Shown: positions 1-9,950, numbered from the stretch's first letter. The stretch is DNA of 56,868 bases from an uncultured bacterium (GCA_965370685.1 CBDUVN010000003.1:1-56868), one strand, 5' to 3'. Program-made: numbers and translations. Notes: generated by a model from the letters alone, not told the origin.

Positions 1-483
1 GTAGTTGAGCGTCAGGAGCGTGTCTCCCGGGAGGAACTCAGCCGTCCATCCGGCGCGCGCGCCAGGGTCGGCGACGGCCGACCGGGCCGCTCCGAATTCG
101 TCCAGGGAATCGACGACGATCACGAGCTGGATACCGGTGATGAACACGGTCCCCGTCAGTGCCTCGAAGGATTCGTCCGGGGCGATCGTGTCGATGGGGG
201 CTCCGTCGATCGGCGCGTCGAGCCGGGGCAGGGGGACCGGCGCCTTCCACCCCCGGTAGGTGCAGCACTCGAACGGACAGGCGCTGTCTGCGACGAGAAG
301 CTCGGCGGGAATCCGGTCCTGAAACCCGAGTGACGCCCCTGGAGTCGTTTGGCCCACTGATGGACGGGCAGACTCGGACTCGTGCGCAGACTCGGGTTTC
401 TCAGTCCCACAGCCGGTGAAGGAGATCAGTACTACACAGAGGGAGATGGCCCTGGTCGGGATCCACGGTGTGCTTCGACGCAT
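1..483 (-). CDS. hypothetical lipoprotein, N-terminal part only (C-terminus lies beyond the left window edge)
   Basis: Own translation of the minus strand from ATG 483..481 gives MRRSTPWIPTRAISLCVVLISFTGCGTEKPES... It stays open for all 161 codons down to position 1, has strong GC3 bias, and has a lipobox-like SFTGC. It is absent from the ORF track because there is no stop in the window. Confidence 0.55.
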   Translation of the reverse strand, partial: MRRSTPWIPTRAISLCVVLISFTGCGTEKPESAHESESARPSVGQTTPGASLGFQDRIPAELLVADSACPFECCTYRGWKAPVPLPRLDAPIDGAPIDTIAPDESFEALTGTVFITGIQLVIVVDSLDEFGAARSAVADPGARAGWTAEFLPGDTLLTLNY

Positions 484-500
484 GGTGTCCGCCTAATCGA

Positions 501-1088
501 TCAGGGTCGCGGTCCTGTCCGCTTCATGTCGCGCAGGCCGGTGGCGCAGTTGACCTTCCAGGCCGATGCGGACGTCCGACCGTCGATCCGGCCGTCAGCG
601 GCACTGCGTCCCTCAATCAGCGCCCGTCCGCCGCCTTCGAGGCGATCCCCTTCGGTCAGCAAAGCGAGCCCGGCCCTTAGATTCCGGTCCGACCACACGA
701 GCCACAAGGTGTCGGCGCGCAGGAACCAGCGGAGGTAGTCCCTCAGACGAGGATCATGCGGGCCGGATACCGGGGCGGCCCGGTAAGTCGTGTACGCTCG
801 CCGCCATTCATCGATCGAGTCCGGAAGAAGCAGAATCCGGTCTGGTGCTACGAGGAGCGCTCGACTCGCGGAGTCCGGAATGATGGTCTCGCCGCTCGTC
901 CCAGCGGTGCCGGTCGAAGTGAACTCCCAGTCGCCAACGTCGAGCTCCCAGCAGCCGAGCATCTCCGGCATGCTCAGGATGACGGGTTCGGCCGGAGGGT
1001 CCGGTGCAGGTCTCATACTCCAGCGAGCTACAGACAGCGCCGCGAACACCAGCACGCCGGCGATCAGGGGTGGAAGGAACCGCTTCAC
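501..1088 (-). CDS. hypothetical protein with N-terminal signal/anchor helix
   Basis: 195-aa ORF. The N-terminus MKRFLPPLIAGVLVFAALSVA is hydrophobic. The gene lies 18 nt upstream of the lipoprotein gene on the same strand. I recognise no family. Confidence 0.55.
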   Translation of the reverse strand: MKRFLPPLIAGVLVFAALSVARWSMRPAPDPPAEPVILSMPEMLGCWELDVGDWEFTSTGTAGTSGETIIPDSASRALLVAPDRILLLPDSIDEWRRAYTTYRAAPVSGPHDPRLRDYLRWFLRADTLWLVWSDRNLRAGLALLTEGDRLEGGGRALIEGRSAADGRIDGRTSASAWKVNCATGLRDMKRTGPRP

Positions 1089-1128
1089 GGATTGCGGGGC
1101 CCGTGCCCGGGCCTCGCACGCATTCCAA

Positions 1129-2949
1129 TCATTCCCATTCGATCGTGCCGGGCGGCTTTGATGTGATGTCGAGTGCGAGCCCCGACACCCCCTCGAGGCC
1201 CAGCACGTCGCGCCGGAACTCCTCGAGCAGCGCCGCGGGAAGCTCGACTGGCGTGGCCGTCATCGCTCGCTTTGAACGAATCGGCCGCACGACGACGAGC
1301 TCTCCACCGTCTCCCGCCAGGTCAAGTGGAAGGAGCACCGTCGGGCACTGCCAGATTTCGTCATACAGCCCGTGGCGACGCAGCCCCTCCATTACGATGT
1401 GGTCAGCCTCGCGCAGAAGATCCAGCCGCTCAATCGTCGTCGTGGCCGCCAGCGGCACGACGGTAGCCGGAGGTGTGGGCTGGAGGTTCCAGATGCACCG
1501 GTTGATGCCAGGAACTTCAGCCGTGAGAACGGAAGCCGCCCGGAGGAGCGTCTCCCAGTCGGCATCGCCAGTGAGGAGAACCGGGTGCTCGTAGGCTCGC
1601 AGATCGGCTTTCACCCCGACCGAGCGGATCGGCAGTACCTCCGCGTCGAGTCCGAACCGTCGCCCCTCTTCGGCCACGAGAGGCGCGATGTCGTCCAGTC
1701 CCTCTACCGAGCCCACCCCGTCGCTGCACAGGAGCCGTACGCCGAGCCCCGGACCGGGGAACGGGTGCCGCCACACGAGCTCATGCGGAATACCGAGCTT
1801 CTCTCCCAGCTCGCGAACCTCGACTTTATACAGTTCCGCCAGCGGTTCCACGACACGGCCGGCCGCAAGCATCTCCTCGATCACCGGGACCCGGTTGTGG
1901 TGGGTCTTGATCGTGTCTGCCCGCCTGGTTCCGCCGGTCTCGATCGTGTCAGGGTAGATCGTTCCCTGGCCGAGCAGGTGTCCTTCGACTCCGAGTCGGC
2001 GCGCTTCGTCCTCGAATACCTCCACGAAGGAGTTGCCGATCGCCCGTCGCTTGGCCTCCGGCTCGACAATTCCGTCCAGAGCATCGAGAAAGCGATCGCT
2101 CGCATCGACGAAATGCAGGTTCGATCCGAGTCCGAGCCCCGCAAAGAACTCGACCACGGCGGCGCTCTCGTCCTTCCGCATCAGGCCGTTGTCGACGTGA
2201 AGCAACTCGAGTCTCTCCGGTCCGAGCGCCCGGGCGAGGAGCGTCGCGGCAACGGTCGAATCGACTCCGCCGGAAGCGAGCAGAAAAACCGATCCGTCGG
2301 CTACCTGGAGGCGAATCTTTTCCATCTCTTCCTGGATGAACGCCTCCATCGACCAGGTGGGCTCGCAGCCGCAGATCTCGAGCACGAAGTTGGCGAGCAT
2401 CTCGTCGCCGTGTACGGTGTCATCTACTTCAGGGTGAAACTGGAATCCGTATCGCCGCAGCGAGTCGGACCCGATCGCGGCGAACCGGTGATCCGGTCCC
2501 CCGTCTGTCGTCACGCTCCAGCCGAGCTCGTGAAACTCGGGGCCAACCGCCGTCACGCTGTCATAGTGACTCATCCAGACCTGTTCGATCGGGCCGAGTC
2601 CTTTGAACAGGGGATGATCTCCCGTGAGATGAACCTCGGCCCGGCCCCACTGACGACCACCGTGCACGACCTCGCCACCGTAGTGCTTGGCGATCTCCTG
2701 GTGTCCGAAGCAGAGCCCGAGGATGGGGACGTCGAGGTCGTAGATCCCGCGCGTGTAGTCGGAATCCTCTCCATGAGATGCGAGACTCGGGCTGCCGGAA
2801 ACGATGATCCCTTTGTAGCGCTCGAACTGCTCGATCGGGTCCTCGGGCTGGCGGATCTCCGACAGCACTCCATGCCGGCGGACCTTCGTGGCGATCAGGT
2901 GGGCGTACTGGCCGCCGAAATCGATGACGGCGATGGCATCATGCTGCAT
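1129..2949 (-). CDS. guaA: GMP synthase (glutamine-hydrolysing), long form
   Basis: The N-terminal class-I GATase shows AVIDFGGQY and LGLCFGHQ. The ATP-PPase P-loop is SGGVDS. The C-terminus is ...DITSKPPGTIEWE. At 606 aa it is about 80-95 aa longer than typical bacterial GuaA. Confidence 0.95.
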   Translation of the reverse strand: MQHDAIAVIDFGGQYAHLIATKVRRHGVLSEIRQPEDPIEQFERYKGIIVSGSPSLASHGEDSDYTRGIYDLDVPILGLCFGHQEIAKHYGGEVVHGGRQWGRAEVHLTGDHPLFKGLGPIEQVWMSHYDSVTAVGPEFHELGWSVTTDGGPDHRFAAIGSDSLRRYGFQFHPEVDDTVHGDEMLANFVLEICGCEPTWSMEAFIQEEMEKIRLQVADGSVFLLASGGVDSTVAATLLARALGPERLELLHVDNGLMRKDESAAVVEFFAGLGLGSNLHFVDASDRFLDALDGIVEPEAKRRAIGNSFVEVFEDEARRLGVEGHLLGQGTIYPDTIETGGTRRADTIKTHHNRVPVIEEMLAAGRVVEPLAELYKVEVRELGEKLGIPHELVWRHPFPGPGLGVRLLCSDGVGSVEGLDDIAPLVAEEGRRFGLDAEVLPIRSVGVKADLRAYEHPVLLTGDADWETLLRAASVLTAEVPGINRCIWNLQPTPPATVVPLAATTTIERLDLLREADHIVMEGLRRHGLYDEIWQCPTVLLPLDLAGDGGELVVVRPIRSKRAMTATPVELPAALLEEFRRDVLGLEGVSGLALDITSKPPGTIEWE

Positions 2950-3000
2950 GGGCTGAGCTGGCTCCTTGCGCAGGAGGGTGACCTTCGACCGTAGCCGACG

Positions 3001-3576
3001 TCAACCGCGCTCGCTCCACGGCGGAACCACTCCGTTGGACCGGGCGTATGCCACGGATTGCCCGAGATGTTCGTGCATATGCGTCACGTACAGGAGCATC
3101 GCGGCCCGCTTCGTGGTGTCCCGGCCGAACAGCTTCGTGGCGTCGTCAAGCTCCGTATCCGGTACGGCGGCGATCGCATAGCGCGCGTGGACGAACGATG
3201 CGCGCAGGGCAGCGACCGCACCTGCTTTCAGCGACTCCAGGTCGACGGTGTCACATTTCTGCTCGAGCGCATCGGCTTCGTCCGGTGATTCGACACCGAA
3301 GAACTGCGATATTCCAAAATTCGCGCCGGCGACGTGACAGTACACCTCTCCCACGGAACGGACGCCGTCCATCGGGCGCCATCCGTAGGAGGACGCCGGC
3401 ATCGCCTCGGCGAGAGCCACGTACTTGCTCTCCATCGACGAGATGTCAGCAACCATGTCGGCACGCAGTCCCTGGATGCCTTCGGACTGCGCGACAGCAG
3501 GGGCTGTGATCGACAGCACGCCTGCTGCGGCGACCAACAGCAGAGTGAAAGAACGTGACTGTGGGTGCATCGACAC
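3001..3576 (-). CDS. DinB-family (DinB_2-like) metal-dependent protein with signal peptide
   Basis: 191 aa. The signal peptide is LLLVAAAGVLSITAPAVAQS. Histidine motifs are CHVAGANF and VTHMHEHLGQ, as in DinB/YfiT-type four-helix bundles. Confidence 0.75.
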   Translation of the reverse strand: MSMHPQSRSFTLLLVAAAGVLSITAPAVAQSEGIQGLRADMVADISSMESKYVALAEAMPASSYGWRPMDGVRSVGEVYCHVAGANFGISQFFGVESPDEADALEQKCDTVDLESLKAGAVAALRASFVHARYAIAAVPDTELDDATKLFGRDTTKRAAMLLYVTHMHEHLGQSVAYARSNGVVPPWSERG

Positions 3577-3657
3577 TCTCGGATCCTCCGGTATCCAGGT
3601 TCACGGTATTCCAATCCCTACGGTATGACCCGGAGACGGGCTGGGGAAGGTTGCCGC

Positions 3658-4875
3658 CTACTCCGGGTCTTCCGTTTTCTCCAGCAGCGAGGGTTGCCGG
3701 GTCGAAACGTCGAGGGGGGCTGGCTCTTCGATTGCATCCGCCCCGACTCCGAGTTCACGAAATCGTCGCATCGCCGGCACGAGTCGACTGTCGAGCGAGC
3801 CCGTGGCCTTGTTGAACGCATTCACAGAACGCTCGAGGTTCTTGCCGATATCGCTATACAAGCCAACGAATTTGCCAAGTCTGTTGTACAGGTCCTGGCC
3901 CTGCGCCGCGATCTCGCGGGCATTGTCCGTCATCTCCTGCTGCTGCCACCCGAACGCCACCGCTTTGAGTAGCGCGTAGAGGTTCACCGGCGAGCAGACA
4001 AGCACTTTCTTTTCGGTCGCGTACTCGAACAGCTCCGCGTCTTCCTGGAAAGCGGCCCCGAGGCAGGCCTCGTTGGGCACGAACATCACGACGAACCCTG
4101 GAGTGGATTCGAACTGCTCCCAGTACGCTTTCAGGCTGAGCTCTCGGACGCGTGCCTTCAGCGCCTGTGCGTGTGCCGCCAGGTGGCGCCGCCTCTGGTC
4201 ATCGTCCTCCGTCTCCATGGCGGAGAGGTACGCGGACAGCGGCACCTTGGCGTCAATCGGGAGGGTTCCGCCTCCCGGTAGCCGAATCACCATGTCCGGC
4301 CGGCCCTCGGCTCCGTCGGTTGCCTGCTCATCGAAGTCGACATGCCTCTCGAGGCCCGCCATTTCGACGACGCGCCGCAGCTGGATTTCTCCCCAGCGTC
4401 CCCGGGCCGTGGGAGACTTGAGGGCGGCCCTGAGATTCGTGGTGCTCTCGTGGAGCTGGCGGTGCGTCTCCTTCAGGTCCTTGATCTGAGTATTGAGCGA
4501 TTCGTATGCGCCTTCGCGCTTCTGTTCGAGTTCACGGACGTAGCCGTCGAGGCTGGCCAGTTTTTCCTGGAATGGAGTGAGAACACCCTTCAGGTCCTCC
4601 TTCGCCCGCGCGCTGTAGCTGTCGGCATTCTTGCGCAGCGACTCCCCGGCCAGGGCGGTGAACGCCTCGCGGAGCCTCTCCTCGGCCTGTTCGCTCCACG
4701 CCAGCTTCTCCGCGTCGGTTTCCCGCGCCTGGCGCAGCCCGGCCAGCTCCTCGCGAAGCGCTCGGTCGTCCCGTTCGTACGAAGACCGAGCGCGCAGCCA
4801 GACGCCGAGGCCGATCAGCAGGCCCAGCAGAAACGCGAGCGCGACGGCGAGTGCGAGGACCGTGGTTTCATTCAT
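3658..4875 (-). CDS. rmuC: DNA recombination protein RmuC
   Basis: 405 aa. It has an N-terminal TM helix, a long coiled coil, and a C-terminal nuclease-like region (VDFDEQ..., PDMVIRLPGGGTLPIDAKVPL, FVVMFVPNE) typical of RmuC. Confidence 0.9.
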   Translation of the reverse strand: MNETTVLALAVALAFLLGLLIGLGVWLRARSSYERDDRALREELAGLRQARETDAEKLAWSEQAEERLREAFTALAGESLRKNADSYSARAKEDLKGVLTPFQEKLASLDGYVRELEQKREGAYESLNTQIKDLKETHRQLHESTTNLRAALKSPTARGRWGEIQLRRVVEMAGLERHVDFDEQATDGAEGRPDMVIRLPGGGTLPIDAKVPLSAYLSAMETEDDDQRRRHLAAHAQALKARVRELSLKAYWEQFESTPGFVVMFVPNEACLGAAFQEDAELFEYATEKKVLVCSPVNLYALLKAVAFGWQQQEMTDNAREIAAQGQDLYNRLGKFVGLYSDIGKNLERSVNAFNKATGSLDSRLVPAMRRFRELGVGADAIEEPAPLDVSTRQPSLLEKTEDPE

Positions 4876-5154
4876 GTCGTATTCGGCGGCGCTATTGAGA
4901 GATTGAGTCGACTGGTCCGGACCCCGACCAACCTACGCGCCACCTCTGACGCTCGACACGGGCACATCATCGACGGCGCTGTCCATCGAGAGGACTGACA
5001 GATTGTTTCGGCAGTTCTGTCACTGAGCCGCGGGGCGACCCGGGGTGACGGGTCACGTGCGGCTCGCTATACTGCCGGCGACGTCCCGGCCGTGGCCGAG
5101 TGGCGGCATGCCGTCCGGCCGGACAACTCCGAGACCACCGAGAATCGGACCAGA

Positions 5155-8100
5155 ATGGCTCTCCTTCATTTCTATCGCTCTCCGGCCCTCTCGCCCTCCC
5201 GAACCCGTGCGCTGGAGGACCGATTTCGGGCGCTGACCACGTCGCAGCTCCACGGGATCGGAACCGAGTACTGTTTCAACGTGGCGACGGACAGGCCGTT
5301 GTCCGAACGGGACTTGAAGGTTCTGACCTGGCTTCTGTCCGAGACCTTCGAGCCGGAAGGGTTTGCCAGCGAGAGTTTTCTGGCAGTTCGAGCTCTCAGC
5401 TCCAAGTCCGCCGTGACGGAAATCTTCGAAGTCGGTCCGCGAATGACGTTCACCACGGCGTGGTCGACGAACGCAGTTTCGATCCTCCGCGCCTGTGGTC
5501 TCGAGTCTGTTACCCGCATCGAGCGGTCCCGCAGGTACCTTCTCGGTCTCGATGAGCTCCTGACGGACATGGATCGCCTGGCCTTTCTGTCGCTCGTACA
5601 CGATCGGATGACCGAGTGTCCGTACCCGGAGCCGCTTCAGACCTTCGAAACGGGAGTCGAGCCGGAGCCGGTGCGAACGATTCCGGTGATCGAGCAGGGA
5701 ATGGAGGCGCTCGAGCGGGTGAACCGGGAAATGGGGCTCGCCTTCGATGCCTGGGACCTCGAGTACTACCTCGGTCTGTTTCGTGACCGCATCGGCCGGG
5801 ATCCGACGGACGTCGAGCTGTTTGATGTGGCGCAGTCGAACAGCGAGCACTCCCGGCACTGGTTCTTCAGGGGCCGGTTGATCATCGACGGTCAGGAGCT
5901 TCCGCACTCGTTGATGGGAATGCTGAAGGCGCCGCTCGATGCGAATCCGCGGAACAGCGTGATCGCGTTCAAGGACAACTCCAGCGCGATCGAGGGATAC
6001 CGGATCCGGACTCTGCTTCCGCACCGACCGGGTACCCCGGGTCCGATGAACGCCACGGACGTCGACTACCACCTCCTGTTCACCGCGGAGACGCACAATT
6101 TTCCCAGCGGAATCGCACCGTTTCCGGGGGCGGAGACCGGGGCCGGCGGCCGGATCCGCGACGTCCACGCGGCGGGACGAGGGAGTCTCGTGGTCGCCGG
6201 TACGGCGGCCTACTGCGTGGGAAACCTCTACCTCCCCGGTCACCAGCTGCCGTGGGAGGATCCTTCCTTCGAGTATCCGTCGAATCTCGCGTCGCCGCTG
6301 GACATTGAGATCGAAGCGTCCGATGGGGCCTCGGACTACGGCAACAAGTTCGGCGAGCCCCTGATCCAGGGATACACGCGCTCGTTCGGCCTCAGGCTGC
6401 CGGGTGGAGAGCGCCGGGAGTGGCTCAAGCCGATCATGTTCAGTGGTGGGATCGGGCAGATCGACGCGCGGCACGTGGACAAATTCGCGCCTGAGCCGGG
6501 CATGTGGGTCGTAAAGATCGGTGGACCGGCATACCGGATCGGCCTGGGAGGCGGGGCCGCCTCCAGCATGGTCCAGGGCGAGAACGTCGCCGAGCTCGAC
6601 TTCAATGCCGTGCAGCGCGGCGACGCCGAGATGGAGCAGAAGGTGAACCGGGTGCTCCGGGCCTGTGTGGAGCTCGGTGACCGGAATCCGATCGTCTCGA
6701 TCCATGACCAGGGGGCAGGGGGGAACTGCAACGTTCTCAAAGAGATCGTCGAGCCCGCAGGCGCGCGGATCGAGGTGAGGTCGATTCCCGTCGGTGACGA
6801 TACCCTGAGCATACTCGAAATCTGGGGCGCAGAATACCAGGAAAACGACGCCCTGCTTCTCCGTCCGGGAGACGAGGGGCTGTTCCACGATCTGTGCGAG
6901 CGGGAGAAGGTCCCGTACGGTCTCGTCGGACGGGTCACGGGTGACGGTCGGATCGTGCTGCACGACGAGCGCGACGACTCAACCCCGGTCAACCTCGAGC
7001 TGGAGGACGTGCTCGGGGACATGCCCCGCAAGACGTTCGACCTCGAGCGGGCCGAGCCCGTCCTGGAGCCGCTCCGACTCCCGGAGAACCTCACGGTAGA
7101 GGACGCACTCGACAGAGTCCTCCGTCTTCTGTCGGTGGGATCGAAGCGGTTCCTCACCACGAAAGTGGACCGGAGCGTCACCGGGCTCGTCGCCCGGCAG
7201 CAGACAGCCGGGCCTCTGCAGCTGACCGTGGCCGACGTGGCAGTGATCGCGCAGAGCCACTTCGGCGTGACCGGCGGAGCCACGGCAATCGGAGAGCAGC
7301 CGATCAAGGGTCTGCTGGACCCGGCAGCGATGGCGCGTCTGAGCGTCGGCGAGGCGCTGACGAATCTCGTCTGGGCACGGGTCAGCCACCTGGAGGACGT
7401 GAAGTGCTCGGGCAACTGGATGTGGGCGGCGAAGCTCCCGGGCGAAGGCTCGGCGCTCGCCGATGCCGCGCTGGCGCTGGCGGAGGTGCTCGAGGAACTG
7501 GGGATCGCGATCGACGGGGGGAAGGACTCGCTGTCGATGGCGGCTCTCGCACCGGACCCGGAGGGTGGGGACGAGACGGTGAAGGCACCGGGCGCTCTCG
7601 TGGTAAGCGCGTACGTGACGAGTCCGGATATCACGAAGACAGTGACCCCGGATCTCACGCTGTCCGGAAGTGGCCGTCTTCTCTACGTGGATCTGGGCGG
7701 AGGACGTCACCGGCTCGGCGGCTCCGCTCTGGCTCAGTGCTTCGGCCAGGTCGGAGACCAGTCGCCCGACCTCGACGATCCAGGTGTGCTCGAGAGGGCG
7801 TTCGGGGTCGTCCAGCTGCTCCTCGACGACGGAATCATCCGGGCGGGACACGACCGCAGCGACGGCGGGCTCGTGACCACGTTGCTGGAGATGGCGTTCG
7901 CCGGGAACCGGGGAATCGAGGTCGATCTCCCGTTCGCCCCGGCGGACTCGATCGAGGTCCTGTTCTCCGAGGAGCTGGGGCTCGTGATGGAGGTGGACGA
8001 GGCGGACGTGGACACGGTCCTCGCCGATTTCGCGGGGGCGGACGTTCCGTGCCTGGAGATCGGTCGCGTCACGCACGGGCCGCGGATCGAGATCCGGGTG

Positions 8101-9129
8101 AACGGTGAGACGGTTCTCGACGGCGATCTCCGCGACCTGCGGGACGTCTGGGAGTCCACGAGCTTCGCGCTAGACGCCCTGCAGGCCGATCCGGCACTCG
8201 TGGCGGAAGAGCGGGACGGCCTCAGGTCGAGGACGGGCCCGAGCTTCAGCGTGCCGTTCGACTACGGGTCGCCTGCGGAGGAAGTGCTGGCATCCGAGTC
8301 GAAGCACAGGGTCGCGATTCTGCGCGAGGAAGGATCGAATTCGGACCGGGAAATGGCATCGGCGTTCTTCGCGGCGGGATTCGAGCCATGGGACGTGACG
8401 ATGACAGACCTGCTGGCCGGCCGTGTCCGGCTGGACGCTTTCCGGGGCGCTGTCTTCGTGGGCGGATTCTCCTATGCGGACGTGCTTGACTCGGCGAAGG
8501 GCTGGGCCGGCGTGATCCGCTTCCACGACGAGATCGCCGCCCAGTTCGACGAGTTCTACGGTCGCGCGGACACGTTCAGTCTCGGGGTGTGCAACGGCTG
8601 TCAGCTGTCAGCGCTGCTCGGTTGGGTACCGTGGCCGGGAATCGAGATGACGCGCCAGCCGCGGTTCATCCGCAATGCATCGGGGCGGTTCGAATCACGA
8701 TTCGTGGCTGCTCGGATCGAATCGAGTCCTTCGATCCTGTTGCGCGGAATGGAAGGCGCGAACCTCGGGATCTGGAGCGTTCACGGCGAGGGCCAGGCGT
8801 TCTTCCCGGACGCCCGGATTCTCGAGCGCGTCGAAGCGGAGGGTCTCGCCCCCGTCCGCTTCGTGGACGACGAAGGTCAGGCGACCGAGCGTTATCCGTT
8901 CAATCCAAACGGCTCGGCCCGGGGAATCGCGGCGCTGTGTTCACCTGACGGTCGGCACCTGGCGATCATGCCGCACCCGGAGCGGGCGTTCCGGCTGTGG
9001 CAGTGGCCGTGGCTCCCGGCGGAGTTGCGTGCGGAGATGCAGAGCGCGGCCGTCCTCGGAGAGGCGGCGCCGTCGCCGTGGTTCCGGATGTTCACCAACG
9101 CCAGGGAATGGTGCGACGAGACGGAGTGA
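5155..9129 (+). CDS. purL: phosphoribosylformylglycinamidine synthase, single-chain large type
   Basis: The frame of ORF 5092..9129 was used. The start was moved to ATG 5155 (MALLHFYRSPALS..., the usual FGAM synthase N-terminus). The C-terminal GATase shows GVCNGCQ and HPER. Confidence 0.95.
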   Translation: MALLHFYRSPALSPSRTRALEDRFRALTTSQLHGIGTEYCFNVATDRPLSERDLKVLTWLLSETFEPEGFASESFLAVRALSSKSAVTEIFEVGPRMTFTTAWSTNAVSILRACGLESVTRIERSRRYLLGLDELLTDMDRLAFLSLVHDRMTECPYPEPLQTFETGVEPEPVRTIPVIEQGMEALERVNREMGLAFDAWDLEYYLGLFRDRIGRDPTDVELFDVAQSNSEHSRHWFFRGRLIIDGQELPHSLMGMLKAPLDANPRNSVIAFKDNSSAIEGYRIRTLLPHRPGTPGPMNATDVDYHLLFTAETHNFPSGIAPFPGAETGAGGRIRDVHAAGRGSLVVAGTAAYCVGNLYLPGHQLPWEDPSFEYPSNLASPLDIEIEASDGASDYGNKFGEPLIQGYTRSFGLRLPGGERREWLKPIMFSGGIGQIDARHVDKFAPEPGMWVVKIGGPAYRIGLGGGAASSMVQGENVAELDFNAVQRGDAEMEQKVNRVLRACVELGDRNPIVSIHDQGAGGNCNVLKEIVEPAGARIEVRSIPVGDDTLSILEIWGAEYQENDALLLRPGDEGLFHDLCEREKVPYGLVGRVTGDGRIVLHDERDDSTPVNLELEDVLGDMPRKTFDLERAEPVLEPLRLPENLTVEDALDRVLRLLSVGSKRFLTTKVDRSVTGLVARQQTAGPLQLTVADVAVIAQSHFGVTGGATAIGEQPIKGLLDPAAMARLSVGEALTNLVWARVSHLEDVKCSGNWMWAAKLPGEGSALADAALALAEVLEELGIAIDGGKDSLSMAALAPDPEGGDETVKAPGALVVSAYVTSPDITKTVTPDLTLSGSGRLLYVDLGGGRHRLGGSALAQCFGQVGDQSPDLDDPGVLERAFGVVQLLLDDGIIRAGHDRSDGGLVTTLLEMAFAGNRGIEVDLPFAPADSIEVLFSEELGLVMEVDEADVDTVLADFAGADVPCLEIGRVTHGPRIEIRVNGETVLDGDLRDLRDVWESTSFALDALQADPALVAEERDGLRSRTGPSFSVPFDYGSPAEEVLASESKHRVAILREEGSNSDREMASAFFAAGFEPWDVTMTDLLAGRVRLDAFRGAVFVGGFSYADVLDSAKGWAGVIRFHDEIAAQFDEFYGRADTFSLGVCNGCQLSALLGWVPWPGIEMTRQPRFIRNASGRFESRFVAARIESSPSILLRGMEGANLGIWSVHGEGQAFFPDARILERVEAEGLAPVRFVDDEGQATERYPFNPNGSARGIAALCSPDGRHLAIMPHPERAFRLWQWPWLPAELRAEMQSAAVLGEAAPSPWFRMFTNAREWCDETE

Positions 9130-9172
9130 GCAGGCCGCCGTGAATCCAGCGCGCGGAAGTGCGTTCCCCCAG

Positions 9173-9484
9173 TCATAGCGGGCGTCCGGCGAGAACCAGG
9201 GCGACTCCCAGCAGAATGAAGAACGGGGCGAAGGTCCGGACGACGAAATTCGGCCGTGCGATAAACCAGTGAATCATGTGCTCGACCCTTCGTTTGCCCA
9301 CCAGCGGGATCATCAGGCCGGCGACGAACATCACTACGCCGATGATCCGGACGAATGTGGCACCGCGTGTGCCCGGCGCAATGAACCAGAACGCGATTCC
9401 GAGGACGATCCGAGCCCCCGAGGCGATCGCTGCCCACGGACCCGACAGGACCTCGCGAAACGTGTTACGCAGCAGGTCGGGCAC
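9173..9484 (-). CDS. small multi-pass membrane protein (possibly the 3' part of a frameshifted gene that begins at 9537)
   Basis: 103-aa ORF with a GTG start, high GC3 and three hydrophobic segments. An ATG at 9537 with a strong SD encodes another TM-like segment in a different frame. See findings. Confidence 0.6.
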   Translation of the reverse strand: MPDLLRNTFREVLSGPWAAIASGARIVLGIAFWFIAPGTRGATFVRIIGVVMFVAGLMIPLVGKRRVEHMIHWFIARPNFVVRTFAPFFILLGVALVLAGRPL

Positions 9485-9553
9485 ACGAAACCGGCCCCGA
9501 TGATCAGAACTCCGATCAGCTGAACGATCAGGTGCATCTCATATCCTCCACAG

Positions 9554-9913
9554 TCAATTCACCGGAATGCCGAGGCCGAGGAAGAACTGCCATGCCCGGT
9601 TCTTGGCAGTTGGGACCGGGTCGCCAGAGTCATCATCCGAAGAATCGTCGATGTTGGTCAATCCGAGTTGATAACGAACGTCCAGCCACAACTTCAAACG
9701 CTGGATGCCGAGTCCGGCCGCGCCGCCGAATATGACACCGATGTCTGGACTCTTCGTCTGTATACCTGCTTCTTCATCTGAGCACTTTACGCTCAAGTTA
9801 GCGCCGTCAACCGTGGCCTCCAGATCACAGCTCAACTCGAAGTTGATCGTCGGTCCCGCGTACAGCCGGGGAGTGATCGGGAAGTCCCGGAGCAAGAACT
9901 CCGTGCCGAACAA
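9554..9913 (-). pseudogene. 5'-truncated paralog of the adjacent small outer-membrane beta-barrel gene
   Basis: The 119-aa product aligns by eye with the C-terminal half of the 204-aa OMP: FPITPRLYAGPTINFELSCD versus FPLSNSALKPMVFAGPSVGFALSCD, and AKNRAWQ...GLGIPV versus AKNRTWQ...GVGFPV. It has no signal peptide. Its only start is a TTG inside the T-tract of the upstream terminator. Confidence 0.5.
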
Positions 9914-9950
9914 GAGAAACGGGGCGCCCGCCGTAAGCGGACGCCCCGTT
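9907..9950 (-). terminator. intrinsic terminator after the 204-aa OMP gene
   Basis: The stem AACGGGGCG (9918..9926) pairs with CGCCCCGTT (9942..9950), with an inner CCGC/GCGG extension. On the minus strand it is followed by TTTCTCTTGTT. Confidence 0.65.

Noticed and set aside
1372-2994. 540-aa plus-strand ORF opposite guaA
   Set aside because: It is antisense to a GMP synthase with clear catalytic motifs, and its product has no recognisable features.
4876-5154. Possible purine or ZTP riboswitch in the rmuC-purL divergent region
   Set aside because: I could not find the conserved purine-riboswitch loops or the ZTP/pfl CCGCCUGGGC-type 3' element. I saw only a weak promoter-like GTGACG-17-TATACT and a short GTGAC-GG-GTCAC palindrome. 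A cmsearch against Rfam would settle this.
5053-8076. Long minus-strand ORFs (636, 440 and 365 aa) inside purL
   Set aside because: They are antisense shadows of a very confident 1324-aa purL. Their Arg/Pro/Ser-rich compositions and lack of motifs are expected from stop-codon depletion in high-GC DNA.
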